Source: Octopus sinensis | Lineage: Eukaryota | Direction: 5' to 3' | DNA length: 64,000 nucleotides | Assembly (NCBI RefSeq): GCF_006345805.1 | Contig: NC_043015.1 | Coordinates: 37,634,001 to 37,698,000, forward strand | Part shown: positions 53,641-64,000 of the stretch, one piece after another | Position numbering within the stretch: position 1 is the first letter of the stretch | Layout: each line of letters starts with the position of its first letter | The notes under the pieces: model-generated | Seen by the model: only the letters and a program-made list of their open reading frames with translations | What the model was told of the DNA's origin: nothing | Database searches by the model: none | Position numbers and translations under genes: made by a program

Positions 53641-53739
53641 GCTGCTTATACTATTTGTCAGCGGTTTTTATTTCATAATGCCGACATAATAACCGATGTA
53701 GATTTTGGACGAAATGCCGCAAAGCATTTTACATGTACT

Positions 53740-53783
53740 AATTATAATAATAATAATAATATTAATAATAATAATAATAATAA

Positions 53784-53814
<31 letters not shown>

Positions 53815-54162
53815 AATATTAAGAAGAAGAAGAAGAAGAACAACAACAACAACAACAACAAGAACAAGAAGAACAAGAACAAGAAGAAAAGACAAGAACA
53901 GAAGAAGGAGAATTATTAATAATAATGAATAATAATAATAATAAAGAAGAAGAAGAAGAAGAAAAAAGAAGAAAAGAAGAAGAAAAGAAGAAGAAGAAGA
54001 AGAAAGAAGAAGGAGAAGAAAAAGAAATAGAAGAAGAAGAAGAAGAAGAAGAAGAAGAAAATAATAATATAAGAATAAGAAGAAGACGAAGAAGAAGAAG
54101 AAGAGAAGAAGAAAGAAGAGAAGAAGAAGAAGAAGAAAGAAAAGAAAAAGAAAAAGAAGAAT

Positions 54163-54215
<53 letters not shown>

Positions 54216-54258
54216 TAATAATAGTAATAACAATAATAATAGTAATAACAATAACAAT
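53740..54258. repeat. (AAT)n/(AAG)n/(AAC)n compound microsatellite
   Basis: Direct inspection. Confidence 0.95.
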
Positions 54259-54801
54259 AGTCACGTATATAATGACGATGACACTGATATCGACGCTGGT
54301 ATTTCAGTTGGTATTTTCTTTCCGGATTTATAACATCCAAATAAAGTTTATTTTTTTGTTCACATCTTGTCAAATGTGTTTTTATCTTATTATTCCTTTC
54401 TGGCTCTCAGTGTTTTTTTTTTATTCATTTGTATTTTTATTGCTGCTGCTTTTATTCATTTATTTATTCTTTATTTTATTTATTTATTCTTCGTGTTTGA
54501 CATCGTCTCCGTTACAATCTCTTCAGTTTTGAATTTTTGTCTTATCTTTCGTTTATTCTCTGTTTTGATTTGTTAAATGCACACAGATGCACACACATAC
54601 AGACACCCACACTGTCACGCTCACAGACACACACACACAACACACACACACACGCCCACACACACACGCGCACACACACGCACACACAGAAACACACTCA
54701 CGTACTCAGATGCGTATACATATATATAGATAGATATGTATATACTTACATATATAAGCGTATATACATATGTATACATATATACATATTTATATATAGG
54801 T

Positions 54802-54859
<58 letters not shown>

Positions 54860-55255
54860 GCATATATATCTGTGTGCGCACGTGTGATTGTGTTTGTGTA
54901 TGTGCGTGTCTGTTTCTTTAGAATGAAGAATGAAATGTTTTGAAGCGTATATTTCCCCTTCCGCACCAAATACGCACTTTACAAACATCTTCTCCTAGAC
55001 GCATAAATACCCACATATATACACACACATTCCCCTTCGCCACCCAGGGGAATATAAACCGTCAATTTTGCAAATATCAATCAAAATGTTAAAATCGGGA
55101 ATTGTGTTGTCTGATTCTTTTGAATGTCTTCGTAATAATGTTATTACAGACTCTTCTTCTTTTTTTTGTGGTTTATATTTTTATTGATGTTGTTATTTTT
55201 GTTTTGAAGGTATTATTTTATTATTTTTAACTATATATAAAAAACTGATTTTACA

Positions 55256-55471
55256 TTGGTTTTAAATGTTGGCACAAAGTTAGTAAGTTCGAAGGAAGGA
55301 ATACGTCGATTATATCGACCGCAGTATACAACTGGTACTTAATGTGTCAACCCTGAAAGGATAAAAGGAAAAGTAGACCTCGGTGGGATTCGATCTCGGA
55401 AATTAAAGATGGACGAAATGCCGCCAGTCATGTTGCCCGGCGTGCTAACATTTCTGCCAGCTCACCGCCTT
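55256..55471 (-). mobile_element. tRNA-derived SINE (4158-4395 family)
   Basis: Reverse complement of the AAGGCGGTGAGCTGGCAGAAATGTTAGCACGCCGGGC head and the central domain. Confidence 0.8.
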
Positions 55472-55711
55472 TATAACTCATTTTATATTAAAATGGCGAA
55501 TTCTCAGGTTTGTTTCTAGGTCCTATATACGTCCCTATAAATTTGTGATTCGGCAACTGTACAGAGAGATTAAATGACAAACTTCAAAATATGTTTGAGG
55601 AGGTGGGGAGGGCGTGTTTTCGAATTAATTCTTCAAGTCGTACTCCAGCATGGCAGCATCCTATGAAGGGAAGAAGTAATATATATATATGTATATATAT
55701 GTATATTATAT

Positions 55712-55750
<39 letters not shown>

Positions 55751-57172
55751 TATATATATATATATATATATCTGAAAGCAAAACACATTAATTTATTAAT
55801 GTCTTAAATACACCGAAGTTCATATGTGATCTGGTTTCAATCAATAGAAGACTCTAAATTAGAAATTCCAGTTCGTAGACGTGGTAAGGGCAAGGAAAAT
55901 GGCAGACAGAATTTCGATTATATCAGGCGAAATTTCTGAGTTCTCGTATAGCTTGTGTCGCGTTTGGTTTTCGGCACTAAATCTGGACCAAAGACTTGTT
56001 GTAACTCAGTCCATTAACCAACTGAATCCGTCATTATGTACCAGAGAGTTTAAATTGTCGCACTCAGATAATAACATATAGTGAGTACACACATACACAC
56101 ACACACACACACATACACACACACAACCACAAACATTTAGACACAAACACACACACACAAAATGAAAATATATAGTTTTATATGTGTGTGTATGAATCAG
56201 TGCAGCTACTATCTAGCCATTTAACTACAACGTCTATGTGTGTGTGTGTATGTGTGTGTCTGTGTGTGTGTGTAGAAAGAGAGAGAGAGAGGAAGAGAAA
56301 GACAGACAGACAGAGATGCACTCAGATATATATAAAGAGTGTTACATGGGGATGGGTTTAGGGGTTGGGGTAGACGTCCGAGCATTAGGTTAGGTTCCAA
56401 ATATATTCATTGAAGTCTTGTTTTAGAAACAAACATGAAGACTCCGAAGACATCAATAGTTAAAAATAACTGGAAAGCTCTAATTGATGTCAGACTAAAG
56501 TGGACGGAGACGCTCGTGTGATGCCTACACCATTAATAAATAGAATGGATGCGCCTAATTGCTCCCACATTATACAGACATGCATATATATGCGTGTGCA
56601 GATATATACGAACATACATATATATACGTATGTATATGTATGTCTATATATATATATCTATATATATATATATATATAAACACACACACACATACATATA
56701 TATACACATTTATATGCATATATATACGCATGTATATATATATACATTCGTACATACGTACATACATACATGTATTTATACATATATATATATAGATATA
56801 TATATATATATATATATATATCGGCATATGTGTGCATATAATTGCCTCCACATTATATGTAATATATATATATATATATTCACACAGACGTACTTAATAG
56901 ATACACATAATTTTTTAAACAGATGTATGTACATAAAGATACCAGCAGAAGATGTATATATATATATATACACACACACACATATACTGACATGCATGTA
57001 CACATACGTGGGTTCACTTATTCTTGCATAGAGACAGGCTCAGGTATAGATATTAGTGTCTGTTGATAGTTACAATTTACACGTGCATGTAACCATGTGA
57101 ATGTAGGTGTGTGTTAGCGACATACACGTATATCTATATATCAGTCGGTTTATCTCTTGTCTCTCTATTTTC

Positions 57173-57233
<61 letters not shown>

Positions 57234-58229
57234 GTATATATATATATATATCTATAACATATCTATATACATATATAGATACAATATATATTATATTATA
57301 TATCCATATTATATATCGATAGATACATATATATATACCATATATATATATGTATCTATATGTCTATGTATATATATATATCTTCTATATATTTATATAT
57401 GCATATATTTATATGTGTGTGTATATATGTATGTCTATATTAACCCAGACATATTTCCTCTAATAATTGTACTGAAACACAAAGCAACAGTTGCAAAAGT
57501 GTTGACAGCATGGCAGATAATATATATATATATATAGATATAGATATACGTATACATATATATATATATACATACACAAACATATGTATGTATATATGTA
57601 TATATATATATATATATATACATAAATTCATGCATACATATACACACACATACATACGACCACACACACACACATATATATATAAATATATATACTCACA
57701 TATACTGTATTATATGAAAGGATGTATTGTCTTTCATCTTTCATATCATCCAGATTTTTGCTGCATCTATATATACACACACAGAGAATCGAACATATAA
57801 ACATGTACACATATCTACACACAAGTTTACACACCCGTACACGCCCGTTCCAAAGCATATATTTCCCCAGTAAAATAATTATTGTATGTTTTCGTATCAA
57901 TCATTTGTCAAAACTAAACTCTATTCTTCCATTATCAAATCTCTAATTGGCGGGAATGGTAGAGTCGTTAAAACCGTAGTCAAATTGTCCCTTTGTATAT
58001 TAGAGTTGAAATTACCCTCAGGTGAAATTAGCTTTCATATTGCTACGATCGATACATGCCTGGAGCTAATGCCGTCCATTAAAGCTATGTCGCTTCCTCC
58101 ATTGACTGTGCAAATTCGACTGATATTGGGAGAAGTAGCGCTGATTGAACACATAATTCTTTAAAGACGTTGTTTATACATCAGTGATTTTTTTTATCTC
58201 TTTTCTGTTTTTCTTTTTTATGGTAACAA

Positions 58230-58500
58230 TTATTGACTCTTCAAGCCGTGGACCAAAATCTCTTGGTATGTCTGTTTCCGAACCACCGGATCACTCGCTT
58301 CTCCATATTCTAAACACACAACTCTATATCCGATCAATGCTCTCCAGAGTACCTGTCCCTTCATCATCATTTTGCCTTCGTCAATTTCCGGAAGGTTTCG
58401 TATGCACTAGCTAACTGTTAACGTAAAGGAAGTCATTCTCATTGGTCTGCACCGATCGGCGAAAACTTTTTATTTGGATTTCATAAGTCGACTCCATGAA
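58230..58500 (-). mobile_element. Possible RTE-type LINE remnant
   Basis: Manual translation includes DIELCV*NMEKRVIRWFGN, resembling the RTE C-terminal RRLRWFGH motif. It is heavily decayed. Confidence 0.3.
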
Positions 58501-58656
58501 AGGGAATACTCGGCCATTGTAAATTTTCAATAAAAAAAAGGGAGAGAAATGTTTCTTGTATTACCCAGAAGTGAATTTTGTTTGAGCTAGCATATGTGTG
58601 TGTATGTTTGTATGTATGGTTATATATATATATATTATATATATATATATATATAT

Positions 58657-58722
58657 AATTTTACTCTGCTATGTATTGAGTACCTTATTTACTGTGGTTA
58701 ACCCCGAATCAACCCGGACCTA
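58657..58722. repeat. Dispersed ~66-bp repeat (copy of 12331-12399)
   Basis: Near-identical sequence embedded in (TA)n. Confidence 0.85.
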
Positions 58723-58767
58723 TCACTATATATATATATATAATATTATATATATATATATATATAC

Positions 58768-58813
<46 letters not shown>

Positions 58814-58982
58814 CTCTCTAAATAACACACGAGAATCGTATAAAACATGTTGAATTGAATCTTATCCAATCTTCCATATTTCTAATATCTGGTGAGCTAG
58901 ATGTGTAGAGCTGAGTCAAACTTGATATATACACCGGTTACATATAAAACACGCAAACACACACCTCCATGCATATATATAA

Positions 58983-59047
<65 letters not shown>

Positions 59048-59133
59048 TACATACATACATACATACATACAAGCACGCATAATATATAATTGTGCATATA
59101 TATATATATATGTTTGTATGTATGTATGTATGA

Positions 59134-59191
<58 letters not shown>

Positions 59192-59196
59192 GAGAG

Positions 59197-59285
<89 letters not shown>

Positions 59286-60467
59286 TACATATCTACACAC
59301 GTAATAAATAGTTATGATAACACAGCAACTAATGGCGTACGACGATGCTACGTACGCATCAACATATGTTGGCTATGTACAGTTTATCTACATTCATACT
59401 GACCTCTCTCTTAACTATGATTCACAATTAATTTTAGATCGATTTGGGTGAAAACTACATTCGTTTGACAAATTAAGTTGAGCAACGCGAAGTACATGTA
59501 TACGTCCATTGTGTACATGTTTATATAAGTATATGTACATCTGCCTGTACATACGTACGCTATAGCTTAATACGTTCTTAAATCCGACATCTTCACAGGC
59601 ATGTAATTAGAAGACATGCGAACATGCAGAGATAAATTCACGAGTTGATGAGGTTGTAACAGGTTTATGATAATAAACCCCATAAAGAATGTAAAGACGG
59701 ATGTATTAGTACTACGTTAACTAACCAGTGATCCATTTCGTTTAGAATCACATAATATTCCATTACACAGATTAACCAAACAGATCGGTTCCTCGCGATC
59801 AACGTTATGGATCGGATTTCGGATGAAAACCATTTAATCAGTGTTCCTAGATTTCTTGCTTCACTTAGCGCGCAATTTATATATGCACGCATGCCTACGT
59901 GTTTATATGTAGCGGGTATGCATGTATGTATGTATGTATTTATGTATATGTGTGTATATCAATATGTATGTATGTATATATATATATATATATTATACAG
60001 GTAAACAAACAGATCGACAGACACATAGTCACACAGATAGATAGATAGATACATACATACATACATACATACATACATACATACATACATGAAATGTATA
60101 GATGCCAGGCTAAAATTGATGAGTTCCTATAATATAAGAGATCATGTAATTATAATATGGATATTTTGTAACCCTTCCTGAAATATAATTAAGTACCATT
60201 TCATATCTAACCGATTTCACACAATACATGTAATTATACGAGCATATTTATATGAGCATATATATATATATATATATATAAATATATATGCGTGTGTATG
60301 ATGTACTTGTGTATAGAAATGCGGGTGTATATGAATATTGTGTGTTTATTTTTGTGTCTTTACATGATTATATATGTATGCCATTTCATCATTATCATCG
60401 TATGTATCAGCCGCCTTATCATCAATTTCCTGATAATCATTTCTTTGATTATTTTCAACATGTATAT

Positions 60468-60534
<67 letters not shown>

Positions 60535-60615
60535 GTATGTACATGTGTCTGTGCATGCATGTACACGTCTCTGTTTGTATGTGTATATATGTGTTTGTGT
60601 GTGTACATATATTTT

Positions 60616-60880
60616 GAGCTGTCGCCGTGATAGATCGCTAGCCACTACACATTCTTTATTTTCTCTCCTTGTTTCTCTCTGTGTTCCTTTCTGTGGAAGA
60701 GCGTAGGCTCGAAACATTAAAGACTTTTTTCATTTCTGAGCCTTATACTAATATATCTGTTTGTTGTCTATATATATACCTCACTTACACTCACGCACCG
60801 CCACTCTCATCCACGTATATATACTTTAGGCCAGCCTCATGTTCTCGCTTGTCTTGCATGGATATACGTATATCTCATAT
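60616..60880 (+). mobile_element. Short non-autonomous PLE-type element with HHR-like motif
   Basis: Pyrimidine-rich leader, HHR-like motif at 60687-60722, and a CTGAGCCTTATACTAAT..TTGTTGT tail. Confidence 0.6.
60687..60722 (+). ncRNA. Hammerhead-like motif (A6U core variant)
   Basis: CTTT-CTGTGGA-A-GAGC(GTAG)GCTC-GAAAC-AT-T-AAAG. Helix I is CTTT/AAAG and helix II GAGC/GCTC. Confidence 0.5.
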
Positions 60881-61202
60881 ACATTTTTTTAACAGCAACT
60901 GAATTCTATGCATTCCATACGGATTATTGGGGACCCGATGTAGACATTTTTATTTATATGTCTACATAGTGTGTATGTGTATGGTGACTTTATCTGTATA
61001 TTGAAAGTAGTTGTCTATATAGCCTATGGATTTATTTTCGCTGATAATAACTGCCTATTACATTAATTTCCTTATAGCCTATACATCCTATACATATTTA
61101 TGTTAATCCATTTTGTTTATTTCCTGTATACTTTTATTGCGATAGTTGCCAGTTACATTTATCTTGTACATAGTTTCTTTATTTAAGGCGGCAGTTGCCT
61201 AT

Positions 61203-61608
61203 TACTCTCTCTTTACTCTTTTACTTGTTTCAGTCATTTGACTGCGGCCATGCTGGAGCATCACCTTTAGTCGAGCAAATCGACCCCGGGACTTATTCTT
61301 TGTAAGCCCAGTACTTATTCTATCGGTCTCTTTTGCCGAACCGCTAGGTGACGAGGACGTAAACACACTAGCATTGGTTGTCAAGCAATGCTAGGCGGAC
61401 AAACACAGACACACAAACACACACATATATATACATACATATATACGACGGGCTTCTTTCAGTTTCCGTCTACCAAATCCACTCACAAGGCATTGGTCGG
61501 CCCGGGGCTATAGCAGAAGACACTTGCCCAAGATGCCACGCAGTGGGACTGAACCCGGAACCATGTGGTTGGTTAGCAAGCTACTTACCACACAGCCACT
61601 CCTGCGCC
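61203..61608 (-). mobile_element. tRNA-derived SINE, full-length reference copy of the most abundant family in the window
   Basis: The minus-strand head GGCGCAGGAGTGGCTGTGTGGTAAG has B-box GGTTCAGTCCC. A CORE-like CATCTTGGGCAAGTGTCTTC block, an internal (TG)n and a (GAGTAAA)-type tail follow. Confidence 0.85.
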
Positions 61609-62302
61609 TATTGCCTGTACTTTTGTGTATGGCCAATACATGCACTTATATTGACAATTATCCGTTGCATGTAGTTTTGCTTACAGCATATACATTCAAT
61701 TACGAATTAAAAGCCTGACACCTTTAGTGAATTTCATTTTTATGGTCGATGCATTTAACCCCCGCTGACTCAGTACAGCTAAAGATAAAAACCACAAATG
61801 GATACATCAAGTTATTTTCAGTTACAGCAGCAAACCAGGCTATATATTGAATTCCTGCAATAAATACATGGAATGATGGCATCTAAGAAAGTGGTACTTT
61901 ATTGCAGCCCCCATGAAGAAATAGCTACCACATGAATGTATACATTTAATAAATGAATTTTTGAATATTTAGTTCCCGAAGTTTGTTGGTGGTTCTTAAC
62001 AGCCACGTTTATTGAACAGCTTAGAAAAGAAGCTGAAGGCAGAAATAACTAAGCTACATTACAATATAATGTATTCAATAATCCATTATTTCCGAAAATA
62101 CAGCAAAAATAGTTTTAAAGACAAGAAACTTTTGCCAGTAGACAGTGTTTCTTTAGACTCAAAAGACTATAATTGTTGGTCAAACATCTAAACAGAAGAA
62201 CAGAAAACATTAGAACAGGAAAATACAATTTATGTCTAAGGTGAGAAAATAGTAAAGAGTAAATCACCAAAAGTGGAATAAATTGATTTTAATGAGTAAG
62301 AA

Positions 62303-62338
62303 ATCTGACGTTTCGGAGGTGAACAATTCATCAGAGCG
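62303..62338 (-). ncRNA. Hammerhead-like motif, helix II decayed
   Basis: GCT-CTGATGA-A-TTGTTCACCTCC-GAAAC-GT-C-AGA. The core and GUC triplet are canonical. Confidence 0.35.
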
Positions 62339-64000
62339 TCATAAGTTGTTTACATTTGCTGGAAGATAATTAGATTGGAAGTTGATGAAGATGAGAAAAC
62401 ATTTCTAATGAAATCTAGTAGAGTATACAAGTGGTACCAGATATTTTCTACATTGTTGCACAACTTGCTAGAAAAAGCAGCCTAACTCCCCTCAGTTTAT
62501 TCTCTGTCGCTTTTAAAGAAGGACACATTACACGATGCATACGAAGAAATACATATCCGTTTAAAACGGACAACCAGAGATTAAAATATTTTGCATCATA
62601 AGTGTCTGTGGTCAGGTGCTGAATAACGTTTACAACAACAGCAACGTGGACCAAGCGAATTTTGAACTAAGATCGCAGAGTAAGAAACCTAACACCACCA
62701 CCTCAACTTAATCTGCTTCTCTATCGTTGCTTCTTTACGCTAAATCCTTAAAACTTCACGTTTCCATTTTTCATTTCCACAAAAATTGAAATACCATTAT
62801 AGCTAACAATATCACACGATTACAAAATAAATCAAGAAGATTATGTGAGGATAAATGTGACATTATGCTATGATAAATGCAGGATTTGTTATTGTATCAT
62901 TACAACGCTTTCCAAAATAATCCTCCAAAACTAATAACATTGCAACTAACTTGATATCGCTCTTTGATAAGAAAAAAAAACGAAACAGCAGCAAATTTAT
63001 TAGTCACGGAAACCAAAGCAACATTTTTAACCCTCCGCCATTGCAATATGCCATTTGTATATCATATTATAAATTATGTCTCAGTTATGCAAAGGCGGAT
63101 TTTTTCTAAAAATATATTTTCAATACGATGCACGTATTTTTATTTCATTTTATCGAACAGGACTCCATGTTTAAAATATTCCAATAATCGAAATTGGAAA
63201 GAAATGAGTGCGACATTGATATTTGAGTTTGGAAGTAAATTTATTTTATCTGTATTTTTAGACGTATTGTGACAAAATGGTGGAATATTCTTTCTTCCTC
63301 GACTTCATTGAGTGAATAACCTTAATGGTTTCAAGGGCAAAGTGACAATGGTATGGTTTGAACGTAGGTCGTAGAGTGACAAGTAGAATTTCTCAAAGGA
63401 ATTATGTTCGTTTCTCTACCGTGTTTGTCATTTTACCCGCAGCTACGAGCGAATGAGCTTTTAAGCAAACATTTACCCAACTAGAAATAGCAGCTAAAAA
63501 TTTTCTCCAAACTTACGAAGTGAAAATGATGCATTATATAATGATCTACTTAGGTAGGCGGGACCGAGGTTTACCTGGAGCTAAATTAAAAGGGGACTAC
63601 AATAAGAGTAAGATCGTCATCTACGACAACGAAACAGTTTCTGAGTTTCCTATCGTGTGTTTAGATGAAGATTGTAACACAGCACTGGAGGCGTATCTCA
63701 GATTAAAGATATGTCGAGTCTGAATTTCTATATGTTTATATCTATAATGGAATGGAGAGAAAGACCGCGGCCCGCAGTTTTGTGGAGTCACATTGAAGAA
63801 GCGGATGGAGAGAGGTGCTTTGAGTGTGATAAGAATTATAAACTACGAGAGAAAAACCACCAGAAGTTGCTAGGATTGATATAAGATTTAGATTACTGTT
63901 TAAATGAAAGCCCAAACTACTGTAGTGACTTCTATAGTGAGAAGATAGAGAGAAAAGCAATTTAGAAACTATATTTATATTTATAGAATATTGGTGAATG

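Noticed and set aside
4158-61608. CRISPR-like or other regularly spaced repeat array
   Set aside because: The repeated sequences are dispersed SINE/LINE copies in both orientations, not direct repeats with unique spacers.
590-61718. Most ORFs in the track (poly-I/Y, HTYI, YLSI, poly-N/K/S/H)
   Set aside because: They are translations of (TA)n, (CA)n, (TACA)n, (GATA)n and trinucleotide arrays, with no domain content or splice context.

Overview
AT-rich, microsatellite-saturated animal DNA. The repeat families look like those of an octopus/coleoid cephalopod genome, which is my inference from recalled repeat sequences and not a database result. I find no host protein-coding exon, true tRNA/rRNA gene or CRISPR array, and most ORFs in the track are translations of simple repeats. 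The window is made of transposon debris: several tRNA-derived SINE families, fragments of CR1-, RTE- and R4/Dong-type LINEs, a Penelope-like element (PLE; RT plus GIY-YIG), an internally deleted mariner and Helentron/Helitron-type non-autonomous elements. The signal the ORF track misses is about ten minimal type I hammerhead-ribozyme (HHR) motifs of the PLE type, from at least six distinct repeat families. Several sit in head-to-head palindromes with both ribozymes reading outward (1709-1813, 3432-3605, 24985-25796). One element (46775-47154) joins a tRNA-like Pol III head to an HHR and folds back at the 5' end of that head. Ribozyme activity is untested, and several copies are visibly mutated.
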